Source: Octopus sinensis (lineage: Eukaryota). Taken from it: 64,000 bases of DNA. The notes beneath the pieces were generated by a model that ran no database searches, was not told the origin of the DNA, and worked only from the letters and a program-made list of their open reading frames with translations. Location of the stretch: contig NC_042998.1 of assembly GCF_006345805.1 (NCBI RefSeq), positions 17,918,001 through 17,982,000 of the forward strand, written 5' to 3'. Within the stretch, counting starts at the first letter, position 1, and every line of letters starts with the position of its first letter. Below are positions 28,131 through 40,512 of this stretch, piece after piece. The position numbers and the translations under genes are program-made.

Positions 28131-28379
28131 CGCCCTTTTTCTAAAGCCTAGCCAGGCTCATGGAACCGGTTTCCAGGTTTCAATGGAGTATGTGTTCTCC
28201 AGCTGGACGGGACGCTAGTCCATCACAGCGTTACTCATGTTTGCCAGCAGGGTGGACTGGAGCAACGTGAAATGAAGTGTTTTGCTCAAGAACACAACGC
28301 GTCACCCGGTCAAGGAATCGAAACCACAATCTTACGATCATGATGCTTACACATTAACCACTAAGCCACGCGCCTCCAC
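28131..28379 (-). mobile_element. tRNA-derived SINE family E (B-like core, D-like tail)
   Basis: Minus strand cttgagcaaaacacttcatttcacgttgctccagtccac (B-like) plus gcgtcccgtccag...ggaaaccgg..catgagcc (D-like). Confidence 0.8.
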
Positions 28380-28490
28380 AAAGAGGAAATAGTACATGTG
28401 TTATATAAAAAAAACTTTATAACAGAAGATAAATAACACACTGCTCTGTAGAAGGATCCAACAGACTGTTTGTGTAAAATAGCAAGAAGC

Positions 28491-28842
28491 TGTAAAGTAT
28501 AAAAGCCATCTCAATATGGCTAACCACTAAGGGTGGGCGTTACTGTAGCTTTTTAGCCCCAGGAGACCATCGTCTCCAGCTGGCTTTAGACACATTTTCT
28601 GTGCCCTTGAAGTATTTGCAAAGGGAGTGGTTACCGCCCGTTGATAAGAGACAATAATCTCGAAACCGCTCCGTGCGTATCACTCAGGCTTACGAGGAAG
28701 GGGTGGCCTCCCTTTGCAAATACTTCAAGGGCACAGAAAGTGTGTCTAAAGCCAGCTGGACGATGATCTCCTGGGGCTAAAAAGCTACAGTAACACCCCC
28801 ACTTTGTGGTTAGCCATATTGAGATGGCTTTTATACTTTACA
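28491..28842. repeat. ~140-bp-arm inverted repeat with a hammerhead remnant in the spacer
   Basis: Arms 28491-28635 and 28702-28842. Spacer ttgataa-gaga-caataa-tctc-GAAA-c...GTA. Confidence 0.85.
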
Positions 28843-29072
28843 TTGTCGAGCGGTTACTGTTTACATCTCGCTCTGAGATTTAATAATGCTTACAGTAAGA
28901 AGCTCTTCTCAAGAAAACATAACCCGGCACATGTCCTGCTCCTCCAGTAAGTAGTGGTGATATTGAGTGGGAATATGAAAACACACAGGACCTTAACATT
29001 GTGGATGAGCAGTTGAACTCCCTCCAAGAGGGTAGGCGAATAAGACATTTATATTACATATATATATATATA

Positions 29073-29215
29073 TAACGGGAAGGTTTACGAAAGTAAACAA
29101 AAGACGAAGGCAGGTGGAGTACAAACAAACAAATGTATTAGTATGGCGCTCAGGATAGAAATAGAACAAGTCTTTTACGTTTCGAGCCTACGCTCTTCGA
29201 CAGAAAGATACACTG

Positions 29216-29293
<78 letters not shown>

Positions 29294-29343
29294 TTTCAGT
29301 GTATCTTTCTGTCGAAGAGCGTAGGCTCGAAACGTAAAAGACG
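29073..29343. mobile_element. Inverted pair of CUGUCGA-hammerhead elements around (TA)n
   Basis: Minus copy 29073-29220 (motif 29171-29208) and plus partial copy 29293-29343 (motif 29304-29341). Confidence 0.8.
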
Positions 29344-30087
29344 TTATTATATATATATATATATATATATATCTATATATAACTATAGTATATATATATA
29401 TATATTGTCTATATAGCTGGCAATATGTGAGGTATGCTAAAATTACTGGATTTTTACTAAATTACTAAGTAAAAAACTGAAACCCAGATAAACCACAATT
29501 TAGCAATTCAAATACACCTATCACTGCCAAAACAGTTCGACACAACCAAACAGAAATTTGAAAGAATTGCAAGGCTAGAGTATCACCACATTGTTAGAAC
29601 CTGCCAAAATATGGAATGCGATGCAGCAATTTGAATTAAAAAACAACAAAAAAAAACAAACAAGACTTGAAAACCAAATGATAAAATAAAATGAATAAAT
29701 AAATAACTAAATAAAGCATAATACTGAAAATGTGCAAAACTGCAGGCGCCGATGGAATTTATCCTGAAATGATTACAAACCTTGGCAGAGGAATTATAAC
29801 GCAACTTGCCAACGTTTAACAGACATCGGATATAAATATGAATATCTTTGAACCTGGAAATATGGTAAAATTTTAACCATACTAAACCTGAGGACGCCAA
29901 CCGACTGCCAAGATAGTCATTGAGTAATCCAACAAGTCAGCTGTCTTTTCAAATTGTTTGAATAAATCATGCTCACGTGATTATTATCAATTCTCGAAAC
30001 TGACAAACACACGGAATACACTGGTTATATATTAGAAATGAAACTCATAGAGTCAAGATTTAACACCTTACAATTTTACATTTTTTT

Positions 30088-30467
30088 GGAAGCACTCCGT
30101 CGGTTACGACGACGATGGTTCCGGTTGATCCGATCAACGGAACAGCCTGCTCGTGAAATTAACGTGTAAGTGGCTGAGCACTCCACAGACACGTGAACCC
30201 TTAACGTAGTTCTCGGGGATATTCAGCGTGACACAGAGAGTGACAAGGTCGGCTCTTTGAAATACAGGTACAACAGAAACAGGAAGTAAGAGTGAGAGAA
30301 AGTTGTGGTGAAAGAGTACAGCAGGGATCACCACCATCCCCTGCCGGAGCGTCGTGGAGTTTTAGGTGTTTTCGCTCAATAAACACTCACAACGCCCTGG
30401 GAATCGAAACCGCGATCCTATGACCACGAGTCCGCTGCCCTAACCACTGGGCCATTGCGCCTCAACA
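30088..30467 (-). mobile_element. SINE family C
   Basis: Matches 19459-19841. Confidence 0.9.
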
Positions 30468-30711
30468 CAATTTTACAGCGATTCATACTAAGAATAAAGA
30501 TTGAATTCACATAGTATCTTTATAGATTTCTCGGCCGCTTACAATTCTGTTTGGCATGAATGTCTTATATTAATACTTTCCAAACTCATTAAATTTAAGT
30601 GAACATTTGAAAAAAAAAGAAAATATTTATATGGAGTACTTAGCATAAATGTCTGAAGAAACTCAGTGACCAGACCAAGAAAATAAGTTTTTACATTTAT
30701 ATCAACAACAT

Positions 30712-30876
30712 AGGCGCAGGAGTGGCTGTGTGGTAAGTAGCTTGCTAACCAACCACATGGTTCCGGGTTCAGTCCCACTGCGTGGCGTCTTGGGCAAGTG
30801 TCTTCTGCTATATCCCGGGCCGACCAATGCCTTGTGAGTGGATTTGGTAGATGGAAACTGAAAGAAGCCCGTCGTA

Positions 30877-30914
<38 letters not shown>

Positions 30915-31160
30915 CTATATATATAATGCGCGTGTGTGTTTGTGTGTCTGTGTTTGTCCCCCTAGCATTGTTGACAACCGATGCTGGTGTGTTTATGTCC
31001 CCTTTACTTAGCGGTTCGGCAAAAAGAGACCGATAGAATAAGTACTGGGCTTACAAAAAGAATAAGTCCCGGGGTTGAGTTGCTCGATTAAAGGCGGTGC
31101 TCCAGCATGGCCGCAGTCAAATGACTAAAACAAGTAAAAGAGTAAAAGAGTAAAAGAGTA
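30712..31160 (+). mobile_element. SINE family A, full length
   Basis: Family sequence. Confidence 0.92.
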
Positions 31161-31669
31161 ACAAACCGGTTCTGTGAGCCTGGCTAGGCTTTAAAAAGAC
31201 TCCTTAAATTTAGACGTACAGTAGACGTAGCTAAGAGGCCACCAATCAAACAATGTGACTGAAATAGAGACGATATGTAGGAGCATCAATCAAATTCCGA
31301 AACCTTTTTCCTGCTGATATCTAACAGCCAACACAAAAAAGTGACTACTTTATCCGACTTCAACAGGCATAAGACATAGTAAAAACTGCAAATATAGATG
31401 AAAAACAGTCTGAAACATCCGGAAAAGACACCCGGATGCTTTGTAGTAGTACCCGGCAAAATACTATATTTTATTGTTGTGTCTGGGGAAAGTAATTTTC
31501 TTTTAGTGCCTTATTATTTAACACACTCACCGGTAAAATTTCTACTTATTTCTTATTTTTATTTTCCTAAAATTTTCGATGCGTCTTGCAACCTTTTCAA
31601 TAGTTTTGACTCTGTCCGTTATTTACACTGCGTTCCTTTTTGCTTGTTTGTGCGCATGTGCGTGGGTCA

Positions 31670-32070
31670 GTGTGTGTGTGTGTGTGCCTATGCATGCATG
31701 CACGTACGTATGTATGTGTGTCTGTATGTATGCGTGTTTATGTATGTATATGTGTGTATATGCATATGTATATATGTATTTATGTGTATGCATCTGTAAG
31801 TATGTATCCTGCGTATTCATGTGCTTGCATGTCCATGTTTGTGTATTTTCTATGTATGTGTGTTTGTGTGCCTATGCAAGCATACATGTATGTATGTATG
31901 TATGTATGTATGTACGTATGTATGTGTGTCTGTATGTATGCGTGTGTATGTATGTATATGTGTGTGTATGCATATGTATATATGTATTTATGTGTGTGCA
32001 TCTGTAAGTATGTATCCTGCATATTCATGTGCTTGCATGTCCGTCTTTGTGTATTTTCTATGTTTGTGTG
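31670..32070. repeat. Tandem duplication (~200 bp x2) of TG/TATG-rich low-complexity sequence
   Basis: catctgtaagtatgtatcctgc..attcatgtgcttgcatgtcc at 31791 and 31999. Confidence 0.85.
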
Positions 32071-32690
32071 CATGGGTGAGCGTGTGTTTGTATATGTATG
32101 CACCTCTGTCTCCTTGTGTGTGTGTGTGTGTGTGCTATGCAACTATGTAATCTAAATCCTCGGGAATGTTGGTTAGGAAGGTTACTCGAACATCAGGGTA
32201 GAATCTCAAATTCTGCGTCGGACATCTTTATTGACTTTGTGCTACAATAATAATCTAATTTTGTTCACAAACCTGGATACGCCTTTTTTCCTGCAGATTG
32301 TTCCATATTCTCCATAGCAATACACTCGAAATGAAGTTGAATGAAATGATGAGGATTATATCCGATACCATCAAATCTACACCTTTTATCCACAAACCAA
32401 TGAATGCAGTTGTTTCACCTCACCTGCGCACAAAGGAGATTTCTTAAAAACAGCAACATGATATGAAAAATGTAGATACTTTCACTTCTAAGACACGAAT
32501 AACTTACGATACATCCACAACACCAAAGTAAACACAAGAACACTCTCTATAAATAAGAACAAGAAAACTGTTTTCAACATTTAGATAGTACGAAAGGACG
32601 AACACTGTGTGTGTACGCGTTTAGTGATGGGGTCTTAATTGGAAACCTGATCGAATTGCCGAAATAAAAAACATCATAACATTTAATCAA

Positions 32691-32709
32691 TCCACTAGAG
32701 GGCAGCACT
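32691..32709 (+). promoter_or_regulatory. Candidate CTCF binding site
   Basis: CCACTAGAGGGCAGCA matches the CTCF core consensus CCASYAGRKGGCRS and lies in non-repetitive-looking sequence. Confidence 0.45.
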
Positions 32710-33046
32710 TTTCCTCCACACTCACTTACTTTAAGTGAAGCTAGGAAATTCGATGGGAACTTAATCGAACAGAACCATGAACTTAATCAAACAAAACTAT
32801 TTTTCCTCCAATCATATCAGCCTCTGAACAATCTCTATCACTATAGCTGTGAAAAACTGCTTTCTTCTCTTCCAGCGTATTAAACAACTTTGTAGAATGC
32901 TGAATTGAACATTAATATTTATATATTTATTCATGGTACATATGTAAGTCAGTGGTATGAGTATTTAATTTTATATCTAATATTACAAACAAAATTTAAT
33001 ATTAAATATTCCTTACCATATAGAGATGTTAATGAGGTACATGCTA

Positions 33047-33455
33047 CCACACCGTACATATCTCTATGAGATATTTAGAAATTTAATATTTCTGATTTTG
33101 GTGATCAGTGAATAAACTTCACTGAAAATAGGTATATATATTTACGAAGTCTAGACAAATATCTTCAGCTAGCAGGTCTCTGCTACTCTAGACTGATGAT
33201 GGGCAAGACCCAGAAACATGCGTGTCTCTAGATGCAGGCCTAGCTGTTGGAGGTGTTTGTCTCCCCTTCGTAAATATATAAGGACACAGGAAATGTGTCA
33301 AGGCCGACAGGAAGCGTTGATGCTTCCTAGGGCTAAACAGCGGTGATGTAATTCCCTTACAGGACTGTCACATTAAGTTGACAGTAAACAACCACTCTCT
33401 CGCTCCACCACCGTACATATCTCTATGATATATTTAGAAATTTAATATTTCTGAC
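33047..33455 (+). mobile_element. Hammerhead-bearing Penelope/retrozyme-like monomer bounded by a ~47-bp direct repeat
   Basis: caccgtacatatctctatga.atatttagaaatttaatatttctga near 33050 and 33409. The 3' part is homologous to the 28.7-kb arm. Confidence 0.7.
33187..33232 (+). ncRNA. Canonical type I hammerhead ribozyme
   Basis: tctaga CTGATGA tggg-caaga-ccca GAAA catgcgt GTC tctaga. Core intact, stems I and II perfect, stem III near-palindromic. Confidence 0.85.
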
Positions 33456-33945
33456 CATTATATTATTATCATTATAATCATTGCTGTGAACAACTAAAAC
33501 TCTGTAGTTTCAGAAATCTCGTTACTGAGGCAAAGATATCCATGGGTGTGTCTTTAAAAAATCCATGCCGCAAACATGACTTCAGATTCATTCCTCCCCC
33601 AGCATGGCCAGACTCCAATGACCGTAACAAGTAAAAGAATATACGAATACAAGAATATACGAACATAAAGAATATAATTTTCTTTTCATCGTTAGATTAA
33701 CTAATAATTGCTACATAATATCCGAAACTTTACTCCATCTCATACGACGTTATGGTAATTAGTTTGCCCAGCGCTAGCGAATGTCATCGTGCTATTACGA
33801 AATCAGTTACAGGAAAACAGGAAATAAAAAAGAAAAAGCGTTCACCTACATATTTTATGTAGCAAACGCCATTTCTTCCAGATATTACGTATTGTAATGG
33901 TCATCAGCGCTAAATATGTTTCAGTAATTACCACATATACGGAGA

Positions 33946-33979
<34 letters not shown>

Positions 33980-34099
33980 TCTTCTTTTCTCCATTACTAA
34001 TGCATATTACTGCTTGAAATGTTTATTCGCACAGAATAATATGTGAGTAATATGCCGAATGTACACATAATTGCAACTTTGCAACTGTTATTACAATGT

Positions 34100-34176
34100 G
34101 CAGTAGTAGCAGTAGTGGTAGTAGTAGTAGTAGTAGTAGTAATAATAATAATAATAATAGTATAGTAGTAGTAGTA

Positions 34177-34208
<32 letters not shown>

Positions 34209-34515
34209 ATAGTAGTAGTAGTTGTTGTAGTTGTAGTAGCAGTAATAATGGTGGTGATGGTGTTCGTGTTGGCGGTGGCGGTGGTGGTTGTGGTGGCTGT
34301 GGTGGTGATGACGATGATGATGATGTTAATGATGATGATGATGATGATAGTAAAAAAATAATTCTTTCTAATTTTGGTAAAAGGCCAGAGCAACAACAGC
34401 AGCAGTAACGATAATAATAATAACAGCATTATCATCATCATCATCATCAACAACAACAACAACCATAACAACAGCAACAACAACAACAACAACAACAATA
34501 ATAATAATAATAACA
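34100..34515. repeat. Compound trinucleotide repeats (TAG, GAT, CAA, AAT)
   Basis: Direct reading. Confidence 0.9.
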
Positions 34516-34845
34516 ATATTCTGTACTGGTCACAAACACAGCAAAACCGTTTAGTTTAAGAAAGAAGAAAAAAAGGATAGTCGGAATTTGCATAAACACA
34601 TGTAAAATAAACTAAACAGCAACAATTAACAAATATTTATAACAACAAAATTCACGAAGCCGGAGGCGAACAAGGAACTCCACAGATCCTGAATCAACCT
34701 GCTCAATAGAACTGCTCCTCTCTCTTCTCTGCATTTTAACCAACAGGCGCATGCTTTGACTGGAGACTCTTACTCAGGTCATTCTCGCCATATGATGCCA
34801 AACCTTTTACTAATTTACTCCTTCTCAATCCTCACTTTCCTTTTG

Positions 34846-35100
34846 AAGAAGAAGAAGAAGAAGAAGAAGAAGAAGAAGAAGAAGAAGAAGAAGAAGAAGA
34901 AGAAGAAGAAGAAGAAGAAGAAGAAGAAGAAGGAGAAGAAGGAGAAGAAGGAGAAGAAGGAGAAAAAGGAGAAAAAGGAGAAGGAGAAAAAGGAGAAGGA
35001 GAAAAAGAAGAAGGAGAAGAAGGAGAAGGAGAAGAAGAAAAAGAAGAAGGAGAAGGAGAAAAAGAAGAAGGAGAAGGAGAAAAAGAAGAAGAAGAAGAAG
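34846..35100. repeat. (GAA)n/(GAAGGAGAA)n polypurine tract
   Basis: Direct reading. Confidence 0.95.
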
Positions 35101-35661
35101 AAAACGCTGATGGCTTGGTAGAAAGAAAAAGTGTCTGTCAGTAGTCCTTTCAATCACATCTACCACAGAACTACTTTCGCCATAGTCACCAGACAGAGGA
35201 AAATGGCTCGCCCTTCCTCACCAAAGAACGAAAACGGCAAAGCAGTCTCCAAGCTAAATCTGTTGTAAAAGTGATAACAGTTATTAGATATCGCTCCACA
35301 ATTTAGCAATTCTCCAGCATTGTTCGAGGGTGTGCAAATTTTCGTTCGTCTCTGTGTGCATCTCAAGAAGGTGCATCTGACGACACTATCATGCCTGATA
35401 CGCTCTCCAGTAACACTGCTGGGCTGGGAATTTCTGGAACTTATCCATGGACTCTAGCCAGATAGTCCCCTCGAAAGACCTACAAGGTGATGTTCATGGA
35501 CGTCCAGGTTTTTTTTTTCCTGGGACGTCGTCGAGCTTACACACCACTAATCCTTTATAAAACGCCATTGTGGGACATCCATCGACCACATTTCCCGACT
35601 AGCAGAAGATATATTTCGTATCACATCCTACCGTCTTAAATGAAAAGCTTTTAGATAATTG

Positions 35662-35793
35662 TTTCTTTAATACCCACATGGGGCTAAACATAGAGTGGAC
35701 AAACAAGGACAGACAAACGGATTAAGTCGATTACATCGACCCCAGTGCGAAACTGGTACTTAATTTATCGACCCCGAAAGGATGAAAGGCAAA
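35662..35793 (-). mobile_element. SINE family F 3' fragment
   Basis: Reverse complement of the tail of 44048-44280. Confidence 0.8.
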
Positions 35794-36807
35794 TGCAGTC
35801 CTAGAAACATTTCAAAATAGACGTGGCACTCAATGGTAGAATACCTTTGATCGGGGGTATGCTAATAATATTTGTCGTGGATCAGTAACAATATTATAAC
35901 CATATCTAACACCCACGATGCAATAAGAAAGAGAAAATATATAAATTGTGAAACAAAGATAAAAAGAACGGAAAACAGATTAAATAAAGACATATTAGCG
36001 AACGTTTGAGATTCGTCATAAACGTAAGATAATAAAAATTGAAACAGAACGATTCAGAGGAGGATTATACCCTGAAAATAATAATTAAAAAACCCACGAT
36101 TGAAACTATCCTACTCACAAGTGAATCATCAGGGAAACAAAATGAAAAAAAACTAAAGCATTCACATTTTAAGAATGAAAAAAAGTTTTACAGCATATCA
36201 AATGTAAATATATAAACAAAAGAAGTATTATAAAAAATAGTGATGATGAAGATCAAAAAGAAGGTCCAAGTGAAACACTCAATCAAATGACAAAAACAAA
36301 AACAAACAAACAACTATAGTGAACTATACCATTCGATCCATACGTAACTAGAGATGATTTAATACAACCCCACACACGTCCAAACACCAAAACCAATCAA
36401 CCAGCAATAACATTGAAGAGTTTCTGACAGAAACAATAGAAGAGAACATCAAAATCGTTGAACATGGATGAGTTTAAATACATTCCCGTTCTACGCTCGA
36501 AGAAGCAACTCCATAAATAAATACAATAGAATTCTGCAGGTTCATGGATGTATACTGCTCGAACATTAATAAACTTAATTATTAAATCTATTATGTTGTA
36601 ACCTGATCCCAATACAATCAAAACCTCCTGAGCCATCTGCAATGCAGAAAATAGTAAATGCGTAGTATTAATAGAAGAGAGAAACATTAGTATGCGAGTA
36701 CAAAACGTGGTAAAATCGGTAAGATTTCAGGTGGTGAAACTGAGAGTGCGAGAAAGCAAAAAAAAAAAAAAAAAAGGCAAATAATTAAAAATTATACAGA
36801 TCTAAAT

Positions 36808-37161
36808 TTAAGAGATGAGGAATTACGTACGTTATCTAAATTATTTACATTTGACTGATATTTGTCTTCATTTTAACCACTACGCCATATGCCCGTGGGC
36901 ATATGGCGTAGTGGTTAAGAGCGAGGGCTACTAACCCCAAGATTCCGAGCTCGATTCCAGGTATTAACCTGAATAACAATACTAATACTAATACTACTAC
37001 TACTAATAATAATAACAACATCGAAAAATATCTTAGAAATGAGAACCAGGTTCGAAATTTCCCCAAGACTGATGGAGGCTTGAGGGTATATCGGCCAAAA
37101 CGTTGTGTTAACAACAAACAAGATTAGGACGAATATCCGTCAAATGTAAATAATGTAAATA
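36808..37161 (+). mobile_element. tRNA-headed element with a decayed 3' hammerhead and an inverted 5' extension
   Basis: A box tggcgtagtgg (36904), B box gctcgattcc (36949), (AAT)n linker, ctgatgg..ggc..gcc aaaac gtt gtgtt (37069-37109). 36808-36894 is an inverted tail+head. Confidence 0.8.
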
Positions 37162-38416
37162 GTTTAAAATTATGTCTATAAAAGCAGAAGATACCCTGAT
37201 AAAAAGAGAGGCTCAAGCAATGAAGATTATAAGGTTTTGGAAAATGGGTTGGCTGATTCCACATGGTCCCAATCCAAATTATTATGATTACGTACAAGGC
37301 TTACAAAGAATAAGTCCTGGGATCGATTTGCTCGACTAAAGACGGTGCTCCAGCATGGCCACAGTCAAATGACTGAAACAAGTAAAAGTGTAACATTAGA
37401 GAACAAATCAGTTAACAGAATTGTATGCATATTACAACGGAATTCACCGCAGAAATGTTTAGCAAAATAAGTAACTCACCAACAAGCCACTGTATATTTT
37501 CTAGCATTGATAAAGTCAATAATTTCCATTTGAAGTATCTGACAAGTACAAACGCATCTAGCCCCTAGAACAATAGCGGAAGCTGTTCAGGTTAGTTATT
37601 TAATATTGCTGGAGGACCACCTGATATTAACTTTCAAAACTACTGGCCTATAAGATAGTTGATAATCTAAGAATCGCTAGTACCCTTACTGTAAAATACC
37701 TTGACGACTCGCCGGAAAGCAGCAGCAAACTAAAGGAGCGTAAATGATGTGTTATAGCTGTAAGGAGTAGTAACTGGAGAACATATCTATTATAGCAGGT
37801 AAAGAAAATGGAGAAAATAAACTTCAGATGTGTATGCCACTTAAGATTAAGAATCATTCAGGGACTTTATCTATCTCCATTAGCCTGAACTCGGTTACAA
37901 ATAATAAACCACCTCCTCCAGATGAATGATTTACAATTCAACACTTACCTAAGCGTCTACGGAAATCTGCTAATGAACTCAGATTTTACAATAATTACTG
38001 TAAAAGTGATGTATTATGCAAAACTAAAAACTATTTTATACAAATACAGAAATTGTCGTCTTAGACACAGACTTTTTAAGTGATTTAACTTATTAGTGTA
38101 AAATTTGCAAAGCGTATTTTAAAAATTGAGTGCTTTTTCGTTTGAACGGAGTCAAGTACTAATAACTGATGCAGTTAAAAGAGAGTTTTGTATTTAAAAT
38201 GTCAGTGAAAGTATAATATAGTGAAGATAGAAAATTTACTATACATATGTATAAAGGAAAGAAAATATACTACACTTGTAACTTAAGGAAACAAAATGTT
38301 CAAGTTAAAAAAAGTATTATAAACAAGCATGTTTAATATAAAAGATTTTTGCCATGACAATTGTTGAATATATTTTCGATTTTATAAGAATGTAAATGAA
38401 AAGAATCACATAGCAT

Positions 38417-38810
38417 ACTCTTTTACTTGTTTCAGTCATTTGACTGCGGCCATGCTGGAGCACCGCCTTTAATCGAGCAAATCGACCCCGGGACTTATTC
38501 TTTGTAAGCCCAGTACTTATTCTATCGGTCTCTTTTTGCCGAACCGCTAGATGACGGGGACGTAAACACACCAGCATCGGTTGTCAAGCAATGCTACGGG
38601 GACAAACACAGACACACAAACACACACACATACATATATATACATACATATATACGACGGGCTTCTTTCAGTTTCCGTCTACCAAATCCACTCACAAGGC
38701 ATTGGTCGGCCCGGGGCTATAGCAGAAGACACTTGCCCAAGACGCCACGCAGTGGGACTGAACCCGGAACCATGTGGTTGGTTATCAAGCTACTTACCAC
38801 ACAGCCACTC
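38417..38810 (-). mobile_element. SINE family A
   Basis: Reverse complement of the family sequence. Confidence 0.92.
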
Positions 38811-39154
38811 TGAATGATTTGAAAAGCATTATAATTATTTCAAAGTCGAAATCGCAAAGGTTATTAATCAGAAGATACTGATCGAACGCATAGGATAACG
38901 GAATCTGATAGACATAGAGAAGTACTACAATATAACAGCGGGAGGAGAAAACATTTCGGTTTCAGCAAAAGTTAGACTGAATTGTGTGACAAATGAACAC
39001 GAAATAAACAAAACAGTGTTTATGTAAATGAGGAAATAACAAATGCTTACGACAATAATGAAAAAGGATTGAAATAAGAACATAACTGCAGTGAATATTT
39101 AAATATAGATGAGAGAAAAACCAAGAAAAAATGTCCACGATATGATTTACAAAC

Positions 39155-39320
39155 TACTACTATGGCAATCCCCCAAGGTCGAGGATGATGGTCTTCGCGC
39201 AAATTTATTGGTGAGTCCGCAGGTGACTGATAAGACCAATTCTTGCTCGAAAAGATCGGTCACAGTGCGGACACCTAGTGCCGGAAGGGAGAGTCGCACC
39301 TGGTTGTTGGTGGCGCTCCT
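39155..39320 (-). pseudogene. 3' end of an RTE-clade LINE
   Basis: Minus strand RCPHCDRSFRARIGLISHLRTHQ* (C-terminal C2H2 finger), a short 3' UTR and a short TAG-repeat tail. Confidence 0.85.
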
Positions 39321-39323
39321 ATC

Positions 39324-39401
<78 letters not shown>

Positions 39402-39405
<4 letters not shown>

Positions 39406-39810
39406 CAAAGTAAAATTGCAAGGCACCGCACGAGTGAGAAATATATACGAAGAGGGTTTGAAAATGCAGAGGTCTTTAAAGATGTTCATTGACTTGACCG
39501 GTTTCACTTTTTAAAAAAAGGATTATCAAAAGTAAAAGGTAAAGCTTTGTATAAGTTTTGTTGTGTTAGAATGGTTATCATAGTTGTATTAAAATACAGT
39601 TATATAGTCTTTCACAATGATAAGAAAATGTTAAGAGGGGCTTTTTGTTTAAACAGTGTTCAAAATAGGTAGTAAAATAAATTTATAATTAAGTTTATCG
39701 AAAATCATGGTTGTATAGTAGCATATATATACAGAAGGTATCATATTTAAGTATTTATACAGGATTTTAGGGCAATGATCAACCTTTCCATCCTTTGTCT
39801 TCTGTCTTGT
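39402..39810 (-). mobile_element. TA-flanked repeat family with a decayed hammerhead (39492-39533); related copies at 40512-40790 and 45485-45730
   Basis: Minus strand actt TTGATAA ..cttttt/aaaaag.. GAAA ccg GTC aagt. The three segments share sequence. Confidence 0.55.
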
Positions 39811-40364
39811 ATATGGGGTGCGGCGGTGTGTGTGTCTGAATTAAGATGACAGAAATCATTTAGCAAATGAAACTGGTATCGAAAAGGATTGTTACTCTTA
39901 TCGATTTGAATATCCAAGAAAGATTTTTATTGAAAATGGAGAACATAACTCGATTTAACCGTATTTTGTAAAACTCCAAAGTAAGTAAAATATTTGCAAA
40001 GAGAGATTGATTGAGAAATCAATATTAGTGTCTCAAATATTGCTGCATTTCTTGTTTTTGTGAGTGTTTTTAATCTCCTTTACATTTCTCTTCGAAATAA
40101 ACATTTAGCTTAAACAGATTAAAGTTTTTCGCGAGCCATCTTTAAACTTAAGCTACAGTCATTGCGAAGTAATTCAAAATTACATAACATTGATCTATTC
40201 ATATATTTCGCAGTCAATTTAACGGCAAATATGTTTATATTTCTATAAATCTAAATTTGCATTTTCTTTCGGATTTTTAACTTCCTATGCCATCACATCA
40301 ATGTAGCTAGTTATATCCCATCACCATTCATGATTTCTTATCAATATTTCTAAGTAGTTTGCGT

Positions 40365-40423
40365 ATCCATCCATCCATCCATTCATCCATCCATCCATCT
40401 ATCCATCCATCCCATCCCATCTG

Positions 40424-40512
<89 letters not shown>
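40365..40512. repeat. (TCCA)n(TCTA)n microsatellite
   Basis: Direct reading. Confidence 0.95.

Noticed and set aside
36897-36965. Genuine tRNA gene (also the other tRNA-like heads)
   Set aside because: There is no closed acceptor stem, the ACT anticodon is atypical, and each head runs into a repeat body
35860-37930. A-rich stretch resembling a decayed LINE ORF
   Set aside because: Many stops and no motif I could identify
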